Counted from the first letter of the stretch, positions 18,361 to 30,630 are shown. The stretch: 64,000 nucleotides of DNA from an uncultured Anaerolineaceae bacterium (GCA_964386185.1 CAYLRJ010000067.1:949-64948), one strand, 5' to 3'. Notes: generated by a model not told the origin, from the sequence alone. A program made the numbers and translations.

Positions 18361-20388
18361 TTAGGGCTGGGTGGTGAGGGGAGCGTCCACCGACCAGGTG
18401 TATGTGGCTTGTTCGCGGGTCACGCGTGTGATACCGCTGACGATGACCACTGTGGGTTGGGCGCCCGTATGGAAGGGCACCTGGGCTTGGTTGTGTTCAT
18501 CCAACACAACCGTTTGGATGGTGGGGGAATCTGAAGCGTCGTAGGTAATCAGCGTGACTCGGAAAGCCTGCGGAAGCCAGCGCCCCACCCGAACAAACCC
18601 GCGGGCTTCCCAGCCGGCAGCGCCGTTTTCAAAGTCGGTGCTGTAGCCAATTTCGGGAATACTGATGTCGTCTAACAAAAAGCCGGTGTGGTTCACTGCT
18701 GCATCGGTGATGTATTCGAAGCGGAGCCATACCTGTTGGCCAGCGTAAGGCGAGAGATCCACGCTTTCTTGAATCCATTGTGGTGTGTCACTGCCGCCGG
18801 AAGTGCCGGTGTAACCCCAGCCGTAGTTGTTGCCTGTGGGGTCGCGGTTGGTTCCTGAGGGGGTGTGCAAAATTTGCCAGTTTTGCCCATCGGTGGAGAT
18901 TTCGACGTACACAAAGTCGTAGTCTTTTTCAATGTCGTACCAGGTCCAATATGTGAGGGTGGCGTTTTGGACCCCGCTCAGGTCAAAGGAGCGGGTGAGG
19001 GTGATATCCGACTCGTCGCCGTAGCCGGTCCAAAAGGCCCATTGGCCGCTGTGTGGATTGGTGGGGTAGAGTGCAACCGTGGGCGCGCCGCTGAAGTAAA
19101 AAGTGTGGTCGCCTGGGCATTGAATTTGGATGTAATCCACGCCATATTGATGGACGGTGGCGTTTCGGGGTACTGAGGGGCAATGCCCGACTTTGTCGGT
19201 CACCGTCATCGCAGGGGGGTCGTAGTGGGTTTGATAGCCATAGCGCCCGTCGTCCAGCGAAGGGTCTTGGAGCCAATTGGCGATGCTCCAATCGGTGAAG
19301 AGGTCATCGGCGTTGATGTTGGTGCCGAGTTCCTGAAGGGTGAGGTCAACACTTTCGAGGCCGTTTTCGGGGCGGCCGATGAGGGTGCGGGTGGCCTCTT
19401 CGCCAAACCGCCCGAGGAAGTAGGTCATGAAGAGGAATGAGGCGCCGTAGTTGGTGGCGTTGTCGCCTTCGGCGGGGTCGCCCCAGGCGTTGAGCTGGGT
19501 GTCGGGTTGGTTGGCGTAAGCGTAGTCTACCCCGCCGGAATCGTAACCGTTGATAAACGAGGCCAATTCAGAAGCGCCTTCGTTGAGCCAGGAGGTTTCG
19601 TTGCGGTCGTGATACCAGTGAATCATGTGCTGGAATTCGTGGGCCAACACGCCGTAGATGAAGGTTTCGCCCAGGTCCACGGTATCGGCATTGAGCACAA
19701 ACATTTCGTGCGCGTTGGAGAATTTGTGGGCAAAGGGCGGCACTTCGTCGGCCGAAGAGAAGTAGCCCGCAACCCACGAGCCAAGGTCGCGGCTGTAAAG
19801 GATGTAGAGATGAGGGTCGCCGTCAATGCCTGGCGTCCATTCTGAGCCGAAAAAGGCCCGGTCGGTAGGATAGATTTTGTCTTCAAACGTGTCAACCAGG
19901 CGTTTCAGGTCATTTTTGTCATAGCGGACGCCCTGCTCGATCCAGAAATAGACGTGCGGGCGTATGTAGGCCAATTGGGCTGTGATGCGGAAGGTTTCAT
20001 TGGTGTCGTTGTTGGTCACCCAAAATTGCTCCGTGTCGCCCACGCGATGCGGTGGCGGCAGCGCAGGCGTTGCCCAGACATCGGTTTTGTGTTCCAGGCG
20101 GTGGGCTAAATCTACGGGGTCGTTGATGGGCGCTTGGCGTGCTGCCAGAGCGGCCACCGTTTCGTGGATGACATCTTGATGTTGTTGGACCTCGGTGGGG
20201 CTGAGGGTGGGGTAAGCCGTGGGCGTGGGCGTTTCACTGAAAACGCCGCCGACGAAGGTCTCGGTTGAGGTTGTGATGTTGTCGGAGACGAGCCACACCA
20301 CAGCCCCCGTGATTGCGCAGATGGCAATCAGCAGCACCAGAAAGCAGCCGCCCAAAAGACAGCCGAGGGTTTTGTTGTCCATTGACAT
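18361..20388 (-). CDS. Membrane-anchored zinc metalloprotease (HEXXH; M6 immune-inhibitor-A-like / M30-like) with C-terminal jelly-roll domain
   Basis: N-terminal TM anchor. 'VLAHEFQHMIHW....NEGASE' is an HEXXH motif plus a downstream Glu. The C-terminal 'WTWYDIEKDYDFVYVEISTDGQNW' is typical of InhA-like proteases. Confidence 0.8.
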   Translation of the reverse strand: MSMDNKTLGCLLGGCFLVLLIAICAITGAVVWLVSDNITTSTETFVGGVFSETPTPTAYPTLSPTEVQQHQDVIHETVAALAARQAPINDPVDLAHRLEHKTDVWATPALPPPHRVGDTEQFWVTNNDTNETFRITAQLAYIRPHVYFWIEQGVRYDKNDLKRLVDTFEDKIYPTDRAFFGSEWTPGIDGDPHLYILYSRDLGSWVAGYFSSADEVPPFAHKFSNAHEMFVLNADTVDLGETFIYGVLAHEFQHMIHWYHDRNETSWLNEGASELASFINGYDSGGVDYAYANQPDTQLNAWGDPAEGDNATNYGASFLFMTYFLGRFGEEATRTLIGRPENGLESVDLTLQELGTNINADDLFTDWSIANWLQDPSLDDGRYGYQTHYDPPAMTVTDKVGHCPSVPRNATVHQYGVDYIQIQCPGDHTFYFSGAPTVALYPTNPHSGQWAFWTGYGDESDITLTRSFDLSGVQNATLTYWTWYDIEKDYDFVYVEISTDGQNWQILHTPSGTNRDPTGNNYGWGYTGTSGGSDTPQWIQESVDLSPYAGQQVWLRFEYITDAAVNHTGFLLDDISIPEIGYSTDFENGAAGWEARGFVRVGRWLPQAFRVTLITYDASDSPTIQTVVLDEHNQAQVPFHTGAQPTVVIVSGITRVTREQATYTWSVDAPLTTQP

Positions 20389-20456
20389 GCTCCTTGAAGG
20401 GACTTGCCGCGCCGCCCGTTGCGCGGTCGCGCTGCCCCAGGGGCGCTAAAGGGCGG

Positions 20457-21233
20457 TTAGTGGCGCAGACGCCATCGCCAGCGCAAGCGCAGGGCCGGCG
20501 CCAGCGCCCGCCGCAGATAATATTTGCCCACAATGGGGGCTAACCAGTGTCCGCCTTCACGAAAGTGTACCCGTAGCATCTCGGGCCAACAGCGGTCATC
20601 GTCTTTGATGGTTTTGGCGTCGCCGTGCAGGCGGAAATTGGCCCACACCCGAGGCACATAGCGAATTTCGCTGATTTTGGCCAGGCGCACCCACAGGTCA
20701 TAATCCATCGCAAAGTAGAAACTGGGGTCTAAAGGCCCAACTTGTTTCCAAAGATTGGCGCGAAAGAACGCGGCTTGCTGCGGAATGTGGACGTACCCGC
20801 GGCGTAGTTTGCGGTAGTCGGTCTGTGCCGCGGGGAAGCGCCCAATGACCCGCCCTTGGGCGTCAATGTAGTTCGCGTCGCCATAAACCAGCCCCACTTC
20901 GGGGTGCGCGACCAGGAACGCCACAGCCTCACGCACCGCGTGGGGCTCGTAAGTGTCATCGGAGTTGAGCCAGGCCAAAATTTCGCCGTGGGCGTGGGCA
21001 AAACCTTTGTTGATGGCGTCGGTTTGCCCCTCATCGGGTTCTGAAACCCACCACGCCAGGCGGTCTGCGTAACGACGGATGATATCCACACTGCCATCGG
21101 TCGAGCCGCCATCAACAATGATGTATTCAATGTGTGGATAATCTTGAGCCAGCACCGATTGGATGGTGGCCTCAAGGAATTGGGCTTGATTGTAAGAGGG
21201 CGTAACGATGGTCACCAAAGGTTGTTCGGTCAT
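20457..21233 (-). CDS. Glycosyltransferase family 2
   Basis: '[42 protein letters not shown]' followed by a 'NSDD' DXD-like motif. No SD; TGcTATCAT lies 6 nt upstream of the ATG. Confidence 0.9.
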   Translation of the reverse strand: MTEQPLVTIVTPSYNQAQFLEATIQSVLAQDYPHIEYIIVDGGSTDGSVDIIRRYADRLAWWVSEPDEGQTDAINKGFAHAHGEILAWLNSDDTYEPHAVREAVAFLVAHPEVGLVYGDANYIDAQGRVIGRFPAAQTDYRKLRRGYVHIPQQAAFFRANLWKQVGPLDPSFYFAMDYDLWVRLAKISEIRYVPRVWANFRLHGDAKTIKDDDRCWPEMLRVHFREGGHWLAPIVGKYYLRRALAPALRLRWRWRLRH

Positions 21234-21264
21234 AGGCCAATGATAGCACGAAAACAGGGGAATG

Positions 21265-23163
21265 TCAGAACTCGATGTAGTTATCGACGTCGAAGAGGAA
21301 CACCGTCGCGCCCCCGACGGGGACGGGCTTGGGCCTGGGCAACGGCAAGATGTGGCCGGCTTTGGAGGCTACAAAATCAACTCGGCGGCGGCAACTGGCG
21401 CGCAGCGCCTGCACCACAGCCTCGATTTGCCCTTCAGGCACGCCAATGAGCAAAGTGACATTCGGCCGGCTCAGAAACCCGCCGCTGCTGATGATGGGCA
21501 CCACAGGCACCCCCAAGCGCCCCAGCGCCTCGGCCGCGGCTTCCAAATCGCGCTCTTGAATGATGGCCAAAGTCATGTGGCGAATGGGCGGATCGTTGGG
21601 CGAGCGCCGCAGCAACATCCCGGGCCAGGCCGGAAGTTGATCGCTGAGCGCACTGTCTACTTCTGAGGCCAATTCCGAAAAGACCTCTTCGCTGATGACC
21701 CCGGCTTGCAGCAGGTCCAAGAGGGCTGCTCGTTGGGCCCGCAATGATTCCAAACGGGCTTTGTGGAGCTCTTCCATTTGCAGCGCAGGGTGCTTTTGCA
21801 AAATCTCATTGACGGCCTTTTGAAGCCGTTGATTGCGTTGCTCCAACAAGGGGCGGAGCACATCCCACGTGTGGTGCGAGATGACGCCTTGTTCAAAAGC
21901 CCGCCGCAAATAATCATAGCCCGCGCGCGCCGAAACTGCCCGCGCGTGGCGTTTGGCAAATTCCTCTTTCTCTTCGTCGCGCGAGCCAATGTGGAGCCAC
22001 TTGAGCACCCACGGCATCGAGCCGCCTTGCACCAGCAGGGTAAACAACACCACCCCAAAAGCCATCACTTGCATTTGTTCGCGCACCGGCCCCAGGCTCT
22101 CGGGCAGCCCCAAGGCCAAAGCCAGGGAAACCGCACCCCGCAGCCCGCCCCAATACATGACATGTTTCCACGATAGGGGAATACGCTCGCCCACCCACGA
22201 AAGGCCATAAATGCTGAGCAGGCGGGCTATGAGAATGGCGCCCACCGCCCATAACACGGCATACCAATTGGTCATGAGCACATCAGGCCGAATCTGGAGG
22301 CCAATCAGCAAAAAGATGAACGAGTTGGCCAAGAAAGCCGCGAATTCCCAGAAGTTGACCACCACGATGCGGGTGGTGGGCGACATCCCGCGAGGGCCGA
22401 TGTTGCCGTTGATGAGCCCGGCAGCCACCACGGCCAACACCCCGCTGACGTGCAGTTGCTCGGCCACCAGGAACGCGCCATAAGCCAACACCGCGGTGAG
22501 GGCGGTTTCTAAGAGATAATCGTCCACGCGGGCAATCACGCTGGAAACCAGCCCGCCCAGCAGCACCCCTACGAGAAACCCGCCCCCCGCAACGCGGACG
22601 AAGTCAATGAGCCCCTGGCTCACGCTATATTGACCGGTCAGCGCAATGCCCAACAGCAGGTTGAACACCACAATGGCCGTGCCATCGTTGAACAGGCTTT
22701 CGCCTTCCAGCAAAACTTGGAGCCGCTTTGGGGCCCCCAAAGAGCGGAAGAGGGCCACCACGGCCACAGGGTCGGTGGCAGCCACCAAGGCGCCAAACAC
22801 CAGCGCCAAGGGCAAGGCCATGCCTAACCCATAGTGGATGATGAGCCCTACCACAGCGGTCGCCAACACCACCCCTACAATGGCCAACATCAAAATTACG
22901 CCCAAATCGCGTTTGAGGTCGTCCCATCGGATGTGAAACGCGGCTTCGAAAATCAGCGGAGGCACCAACACCCCCAAGATGAGCTCGCCGGTGATGGGCA
23001 CTTCCACTTCGGCAAAAATGGCCAACGCCAGCCCGATGAGCACCAGGCCCAAGGTATAGGGCATGCGCAAGCGGCGGCTGAAAATGCCGACCAGCACCGC
23101 GACGCCAAGGAGGGAAATCACAATCTCTTCGATGAAAATAATGCTGCTTGCGTGCATGATCAC
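21265..23163 (-). CDS. CPA1-family Na+/H+ antiporter (NhaP-type) with C-terminal DarA/PstA-like PII (cyclic-di-AMP receptor, DUF970) domain
   Basis: About 400 aa of Na_H_exchanger TM domain ('ATDPVAV', 'ESLFNDG', '[14 protein letters not shown]'), then a helical linker. The last 106 aa align with DarA/PstA ('SSGGFL', C-terminal '[17 protein letters not shown]'). The start may instead be ATG 23157. Confidence 0.9.
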   Translation of the reverse strand: MIMHASSIIFIEEIVISLLGVAVLVGIFSRRLRMPYTLGLVLIGLALAIFAEVEVPITGELILGVLVPPLIFEAAFHIRWDDLKRDLGVILMLAIVGVVLATAVVGLIIHYGLGMALPLALVFGALVAATDPVAVVALFRSLGAPKRLQVLLEGESLFNDGTAIVVFNLLLGIALTGQYSVSQGLIDFVRVAGGGFLVGVLLGGLVSSVIARVDDYLLETALTAVLAYGAFLVAEQLHVSGVLAVVAAGLINGNIGPRGMSPTTRIVVVNFWEFAAFLANSFIFLLIGLQIRPDVLMTNWYAVLWAVGAILIARLLSIYGLSWVGERIPLSWKHVMYWGGLRGAVSLALALGLPESLGPVREQMQVMAFGVVLFTLLVQGGSMPWVLKWLHIGSRDEEKEEFAKRHARAVSARAGYDYLRRAFEQGVISHHTWDVLRPLLEQRNQRLQKAVNEILQKHPALQMEELHKARLESLRAQRAALLDLLQAGVISEEVFSELASEVDSALSDQLPAWPGMLLRRSPNDPPIRHMTLAIIQERDLEAAAEALGRLGVPVVPIISSGGFLSRPNVTLLIGVPEGQIEAVVQALRASCRRRVDFVASKAGHILPLPRPKPVPVGGATVFLFDVDNYIEF

Positions 23164-23187
23164 CTCGTGAGGGGTGCCTGAGCCGAG

Positions 23188-25530
23188 TTAGTGAATTTCG
23201 ATTTCGTAGGGTTCGGCCGTCGTGAGCGTGTGTTCTTGGCCGTCGGGGGTCACCACCCGCGTGCGCCCCGGCCGGCGGTGGATTGCCCAACCCCAAAAGC
23301 GGACGGTGATTTCGTCTTCAAAGGGGGTGGGCCATACGAAGCGGACTTTGTGAGGGTTAACCGGCTGAATGCCGGCAACTTGCATCCAAAGCGCGACCGG
23401 CAACAGACCGGCCAAGACGTCTTGCCCTGCGAGCCCTTCGCCGGTTTCGGCGTGGTAGGCTTCCCAAAACGAGCCGGTGTGTTCCAGAGCAGTTTGGGCA
23501 GCGCGCCCCATGTTTTGGAGCAGCGCGGCTGCCTCGGCGACATGGCCATAACCCAAGAGGCCCTCAACCGCAAACAAATTCCAAGGGAAGTGGACCGCGC
23601 GCATCCATGCCGCGGCTTTGCGCCCCCGATGGGGGCTCAGCGGTGCGCCGAAGGGTTGGTTGTAGGCCCGTTCGGAAACCAGCGCGCGGCGGACGGCAGC
23701 GGCCTGCTCCGCTTCCCAGATGTGGGCCCAAAAGGGCAGCAAGAGGCTGATGTCGGGTGCGTAGAGGTCAGGGGTGAGCACCACAAAGCGCCCTCGGCTG
23801 CGCAGCCCTTCTACGGTGACGGCCTCGAGGCGGCGGTAGAGCCCGCGTGTGGTGAGGGTGCCGCGGCCTTCGAACCACTGGGCTTGCCCTGTTGAAAAAG
23901 TCTCGGTGAGGGGTTTGCCGCGCGGGTCGGTGCCGCGCAAGGTGACGGTCAGCGGCCGCACTTGCCCCTTTTCGGGGAAGAGGTGCACCACAATGCGGCT
24001 GGGCGGGGTGAGAGTGGCGGCGAGGGTCAAGGTGCCCGGGCCGCGGTGCTTCCCCAAGGTTTGGTGCGCCGGCCGTTGGTGGGTGTCACGGTCGCGGTAG
24101 AGGGCGGTGCGTCGGCGGGGGTCCCACATTTCGTGGAGGGCTTTGACGAGTTTGCGGCGCTGCGCCCGCAGGCTTTTGGGGAAGGTGGCCTCGGCCGCGG
24201 TGGCCAGCGCTTCCAGCCGATCCAGCGCGCGCACCAGCAAGGCGTAAAGGGCTGGGCTCTCGACGGTGGCGAAGTCGGTGCCGACCGATTCCCGTCGCCA
24301 GGGGGCAAAGCCCGGTGGGTCGGCCAGCCCCATTTGCAGGGGGTGCGACCATTCGGGGAGGCCGTCGCCGTTGGCGTCGGCGTGGGCAAACCAGTGTTCG
24401 ACAAAGCGCCGCAGGGCTGGGTAAATGGCGCGCTGGCCTGAAAGATCGTGGGCGTAGGCTCGGTAGGCCAGTTCGACCAGCAGCGGTGAGGCCAGGTAGC
24501 CTTGTGGGCCTTGGCTGGGCTTCCAGGGGATGAAGCCGTCTTCCCGTTGGTGGGCCAGGAAGTTGGCCACCCATCCCTGCACTGGCGCGGGGTGGGTGGG
24601 GAGGAAGTAAGCCGAGGCCAAGTAGTAGGCTTCCAGCACCGAAGGGGCGCGGTTGAGGGCCAGAGGGTCTGCAGGCCCGCCGTGGTCGGGGTCGCGGGCG
24701 GTCACGAAGAAGGGCTTGGGGAGGTTGGGGTGGGGCATCATCAGCCGCAGAGCCGACTGGCGACTGCGCACGAGGGCCCAGGTGAGGTTGGGCTGTGGGG
24801 TTTCGATGGCGGGAAGCGGGGCTTCGGCCAGGGCCAAACGGGCTTCAAAAGGCGGCCAGGGGCGGGCGGCCAGTTGGCGGGCTTGGGCGAAGCCTTCTTC
24901 CGCATGTTTCAGACTGGTGAGCACCCACGTCAGGCGGCGGGTTTCGGCGGGAGCAAGGGTGAAGGAGACGCTCAAAGAGGGAAAGGGGCTCAGCCGGCTT
25001 TCGGCGCCGCCGGTGAGAAACAACACGGGCGCTAAACCGCCCGCATGACCTTGCAAGATGTTGACCGCATGGCCTTGCTGAGGTTCCATCCCGCTGCCGT
25101 CTTCGCCCGGCAGGGGACGGAGCACCGCGGCTAACCCCAAGGCGCCTTGGCGTGGTGCCTCACTTGTGTTTTCCAGCCCCAGCTGGCCGACAACGGCTTG
25201 GCTGTGGGCAATCCAATAACGGCAGGTCAGCCGCAGCCCTGGGAAAGGCTCGCACGTGAGATGAGCATAGCCAGCGCTGAGCGCGTGGAGGGTGGGTGCC
25301 ACGGCAAAGGTTGCCGGCATCCAGCGGCGTTGCCCTTCGGTCTCCATGAAGGGGAAGAGGCTCATTTCCTGAACCCGCAAGCCGTAGGTGGTGGTGAGCG
25401 TGAGGGCTTCCCACGAGCCGTAGGTGGCGTGCAAAGCCCAAATGTGGTCGTCGGCGGTGTGCACGTCGCTCAGGTTGGCGTCTGCGGCCAGGGTGAGGCG
25501 AGCCGGTGGGCGGAAGGGAAGCGGTTGCAT
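23188..25530 (-). CDS. Large hypothetical protein, probable (alpha/alpha)6-barrel glycoside-hydrolase-like (GH63/GH15-like) C-terminal region
   Basis: 780-aa ORF with good codon usage. The central and C-terminal regions resemble six-hairpin glycosidases ('REDGFIPW', 'FWEAYHAETGEG'). The family assignment is by eye only. Confidence 0.55.
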   Translation of the reverse strand: MQPLPFRPPARLTLAADANLSDVHTADDHIWALHATYGSWEALTLTTTYGLRVQEMSLFPFMETEGQRRWMPATFAVAPTLHALSAGYAHLTCEPFPGLRLTCRYWIAHSQAVVGQLGLENTSEAPRQGALGLAAVLRPLPGEDGSGMEPQQGHAVNILQGHAGGLAPVLFLTGGAESRLSPFPSLSVSFTLAPAETRRLTWVLTSLKHAEEGFAQARQLAARPWPPFEARLALAEAPLPAIETPQPNLTWALVRSRQSALRLMMPHPNLPKPFFVTARDPDHGGPADPLALNRAPSVLEAYYLASAYFLPTHPAPVQGWVANFLAHQREDGFIPWKPSQGPQGYLASPLLVELAYRAYAHDLSGQRAIYPALRRFVEHWFAHADANGDGLPEWSHPLQMGLADPPGFAPWRRESVGTDFATVESPALYALLVRALDRLEALATAAEATFPKSLRAQRRKLVKALHEMWDPRRRTALYRDRDTHQRPAHQTLGKHRGPGTLTLAATLTPPSRIVVHLFPEKGQVRPLTVTLRGTDPRGKPLTETFSTGQAQWFEGRGTLTTRGLYRRLEAVTVEGLRSRGRFVVLTPDLYAPDISLLLPFWAHIWEAEQAAAVRRALVSERAYNQPFGAPLSPHRGRKAAAWMRAVHFPWNLFAVEGLLGYGHVAEAAALLQNMGRAAQTALEHTGSFWEAYHAETGEGLAGQDVLAGLLPVALWMQVAGIQPVNPHKVRFVWPTPFEDEITVRFWGWAIHRRPGRTRVVTPDGQEHTLTTAEPYEIEIH

Positions 25531-25730
25531 GAAAGTATTTTACCTTACATTTAGGCCTGTGAGGCGGAGCGTGAGCCGTGTTGAGGCGCGGCCTGCGGGT
25601 TCCTGCGTTGGTGCGCAGCGGCGGGCTGATCGCGGTGGGCATGCCAGCGGAAGGCGGGGTGGGGCGCTGTGTCACCCCTTGACAAAAAATAATGATAACC
25701 TGCGCCAGCGGCGCTTTTGGGCCTTGATGA

Positions 25731-27704
<1,974 letters not shown>

Positions 27705-27721
27705 TTGAGGCCCTTTGCCTT

Positions 27722-29947
27722 ATGGCGCTTCAACCTGGTGACCTGCTACGCGAACGTTATCGCATTCTTGCCGTCCTTGGCCGAGGAGGGATGGGCTCAG
27801 TGTATCACGCGCTGGATACCATCCTCAACATCGAAGTGGCCATCAAAGAAAACATCTTCGTCGCCCGGGAATATGCTGAGCAGTTCCAGCAAGAAGCCCG
27901 CCTCTTGGCCAGCCTTCGGCACCCCAACCTGCCCCGGGTAACCGACTACTTTGTCCTCAAAGACCAGGGCCAATACCTGGTCATGGATTACATCGAGGGG
28001 GAAGACCTCAAAACGCGGGTCGAGCGAGAAGGCAAAATCAGCGTCCAGGAAGCCGTCATCATCGGCTTGGCCTTGTGCGACGCGCTGGAATACCTCCATA
28101 GCCAAGACCCGCCGGTGATCCATCGCGACATTAAGCCGGGCAATGTTCGCATCACCCCTGAGGGCCATGTCTTCCTGGTAGATTTTGGCCTGGCCAAAGT
28201 TGGCAGTTGGGACCAAAACACCGTCACCGGCGCGCAAGCCGTCACCCCCGGGTTCTCACCGCCCGAGCAATACGGCACATCCCACACCGCGCCCTATTCC
28301 GACATTTACAGCCTGGGTGCGACGCTTTACATGGCCCTGAGCGGCGAACCGCCGCCCGACGCGTTTGAACGGGCGTTGGACCACGCCGAGCTCAAACCGC
28401 TGGATGAAGTCAACCCCGAAGTCCCGCCGGCCTTGGCGCAAATTATCGCGACGGCCATGGCTTTGCAGCCGACCGACCGCTTTGCCTCGGTGGCGGAAAT
28501 GCGGGCTGCGCTGTTGAGTTTGAACCTGGTGCCCGAGCAGCAACAGCACCTTCACGATCACGCTTGGGAAATCACCCCCGCGCCCCAGGCGTCCACGCCC
28601 CAGGCGACCAATTGGGGCAGGAGCAATACCCGCCCCTTGCCCGCCCTGCACGGCGCGGGCGCCTCGGCTGAGGAAGACGATGACGCCTTTGCGGGCGAGC
28701 CGCCTTCGTCTCCCCCGCCGGCGGGGCCGGCCGCGTGGTTTGCAGGGGGGCGTCGGCGAGGGCGGCGCATCGCGGCCCTGCTCCTTTTGATTGCCGCTGT
28801 GTTGGTCGCTTGGTACGCAGCCAACCCGGCCAGCATCGGGCGGATGCTTGACCCCTTGCAGCGGTCCGTGGCAGCCTTTGTGGCTGCACGTTTGCCTGCG
28901 ACCCCAGCCCCGTGGCCGACCGTGGCGCAGCCTACCCCAACCCCCCAAAGCCTGCCGACAACCGTCGGGGTTGGGCTGTTGCCTACCGCCACCCCCACGC
29001 TCACCCCTTCGCCCACTGCCACCCCTCAACCTACCCCTACCCTCACCCCAACCATCACCCCCACCCCAGCCCCCACACCCTTAGGCGGCGGCAGTGGACA
29101 ATTGGCCTTTGCCTCGGTGACCCGCGGCGCAGTGCAAATTTGGCTGACAGACTTGCAAGGCCATCTGTTGAAACAATTGACCGATCGGCCGGGGGGCGCG
29201 TGCCAGCCGGCCTGGGCGCCCGACGGCCAATCGTTGGCCTTTATCGCCCCTTGCGGCGTCAATGCCATGCGCTATCCTAACGCCCAAATCTATTTGCTTC
29301 ACCTCGAAACCGGCCAAGTCGAAGAACTGGTGCCACCGGATTGGGGCGGCTACGACCCAGCCTTTTCACCCGATGGCAAATACCTGGCCTTCACCAGTTT
29401 GCGCAGCGGCATCCCGCAGTTGTATGTCTTGAACCTGCAAACCTATCAAATCTTCCCCTTGTTGGGCACCGACGTGGAAGGCGCTCAGCCGGCTTGGTCG
29501 CCCGATGGCCGCTGGCTGGCGTTTGTGGGCAACCTCAGCAGCGTCTCGCGCATTTGGCTCTTGCCCTTTGACCCGGGCGCGGAAACGTTGCCCACCCCGC
29601 AACCCTTCTCGCGCAGCGGCAACAAAGCCAATACGCATCCCACCTGGGCGGGCAACGGCACCTTGTTGGTCTATAGCCAACTCAACCCCAACAAGCCCTT
29701 GCCCTACCTGGTGCGCGCCCCCTTAGAACAAGGCGGCCTCTTAGAAACCCCCATTACAGTGGTGGGCACAGCCATGAAAGAACCCATGGCGTCGCCCGAT
29801 GGTCGTTGGCTGGTGTTTGAAGGCTGGCAGGGCGACAATCACGACATCTACATCATCTCCGTAGATGGCGCCCAATTGAGCCGTTTGACCACGCAAGGCA
29901 CCTTCGATTTTGACCCGGCCTGGCGGCCGACGGTGCCTCAGCCCTAA
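27722..29947 (+). CDS. Ser/Thr protein kinase with TM segment, Pro/Thr-rich linker and C-terminal TolB-like beta-propeller
   Basis: Hanks motifs 'GRGGMGSVY', 'VAIK', 'HRDIKPGNV', 'DFGLA', 'SPPE'. TM 'IAALLLLIAAVLVAWY'. C-terminal repeats of the 'P.WSPDG..LAF' type. Confidence 0.9.
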   Translation: MALQPGDLLRERYRILAVLGRGGMGSVYHALDTILNIEVAIKENIFVAREYAEQFQQEARLLASLRHPNLPRVTDYFVLKDQGQYLVMDYIEGEDLKTRVEREGKISVQEAVIIGLALCDALEYLHSQDPPVIHRDIKPGNVRITPEGHVFLVDFGLAKVGSWDQNTVTGAQAVTPGFSPPEQYGTSHTAPYSDIYSLGATLYMALSGEPPPDAFERALDHAELKPLDEVNPEVPPALAQIIATAMALQPTDRFASVAEMRAALLSLNLVPEQQQHLHDHAWEITPAPQASTPQATNWGRSNTRPLPALHGAGASAEEDDDAFAGEPPSSPPPAGPAAWFAGGRRRGRRIAALLLLIAAVLVAWYAANPASIGRMLDPLQRSVAAFVAARLPATPAPWPTVAQPTPTPQSLPTTVGVGLLPTATPTLTPSPTATPQPTPTLTPTITPTPAPTPLGGGSGQLAFASVTRGAVQIWLTDLQGHLLKQLTDRPGGACQPAWAPDGQSLAFIAPCGVNAMRYPNAQIYLLHLETGQVEELVPPDWGGYDPAFSPDGKYLAFTSLRSGIPQLYVLNLQTYQIFPLLGTDVEGAQPAWSPDGRWLAFVGNLSSVSRIWLLPFDPGAETLPTPQPFSRSGNKANTHPTWAGNGTLLVYSQLNPNKPLPYLVRAPLEQGGLLETPITVVGTAMKEPMASPDGRWLVFEGWQGDNHDIYIISVDGAQLSRLTTQGTFDFDPAWRPTVPQP

Positions 29948-29975
29948 CCCTGCTGCCTTGCCCCCGCTGAAACTG

Positions 29976-30012
29976 CGCCGCGACCTTTGAGCCGCGGCGT
30001 CTTTCGTCTTCG
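29976..30012 (+). terminator. Possible intrinsic terminator after the kinase gene
   Basis: 7-bp GC stem CGCCGCG/CGCGGCG (29976-29982 and 29993-29999), followed by the T-rich tctttcgtcttc. Confidence 0.35.
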
Positions 30013-30045
30013 GGCTTTGCCCCTTCCCTGAAAGGAGAGGTGCTC

Positions 30046-30630
30046 ATGCAAGCCTTAAAAACGCGCATTTTGACCCAAGGACGTCATTTGGGCGGCGGCA
30101 TCCTCAAAGTGGACGCCTTTATCAACCATCAGGTGGACCCCGCCCTGATGATGGCCTGCGGCGAAGAATTGGCGCGGCGCTTTGCATCCACCCGCCCCGA
30201 GAAAGTGTTTACCGCCGAAATCTCGGGCATTGCCCCTGCCTTGGCCACCGGCTATTACTTGAATGTGCCCGTGGTCTTCGCCCGCAAACACCGCCCTGTC
30301 ACCATGCCCGACCAAATCTTCCTGACCCTCACCCCTTCCCACACCAAAGGGCGAGAAGTGGAATTGATGGTCTCGCCCGAATATCTCCACGAAGGCGAAC
30401 GGGTGCTCATTATTGACGACTTCCTGGCCTCGGGCGAAACCATTTTGGGGTTGGTGCGCTTAGTGCAAGCAGCCAAAGCCCACGTGGTGGGCATTGGCGC
30501 GCTCATTGAAAAGACCTTCGAAGGCGGGCGCGCGAAATTAGCCCCTTTGGGCGTGCCCATCGAGGCCTTGGCGCGCATTCGGGCGCTGGAAGGCGACCAA
30601 ATCGTGTTTGAGGATGAGGAGCACGCATGA
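30046..30630 (+). CDS. xpt: Xanthine phosphoribosyltransferase
   Basis: Collinear with B. subtilis Xpt ('LKVDAFINHQVDPALM', 'VLIIDDFLASGET', 'IEKTFEGGR'). ATG 30046 lies 5 nt after the AGGAGAGG SD. Confidence 0.92.
   Translation: MQALKTRILTQGRHLGGGILKVDAFINHQVDPALMMACGEELARRFASTRPEKVFTAEISGIAPALATGYYLNVPVVFARKHRPVTMPDQIFLTLTPSHTKGREVELMVSPEYLHEGERVLIIDDFLASGETILGLVRLVQAAKAHVVGIGALIEKTFEGGRAKLAPLGVPIEALARIRALEGDQIVFEDEEHA

Noticed and set aside
28900-29085. Repetitive ACC/CCC/GCC DNA (also at 40000-40140 and 59069-59164), considered as a possible CRISPR or other repeat array
   Set aside because: The repeats are in frame inside well-supported genes and encode Pro/Thr/Ala linkers. There is no repeat-spacer architecture.
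29948-30045. Possible purine riboswitch upstream of xpt
   Set aside because: The spacer is only about 95 nt. It lacks the conserved purine-riboswitch junction sequences and three-way-junction potential, and it contains only a terminator-like hairpin belonging to the upstream gene.
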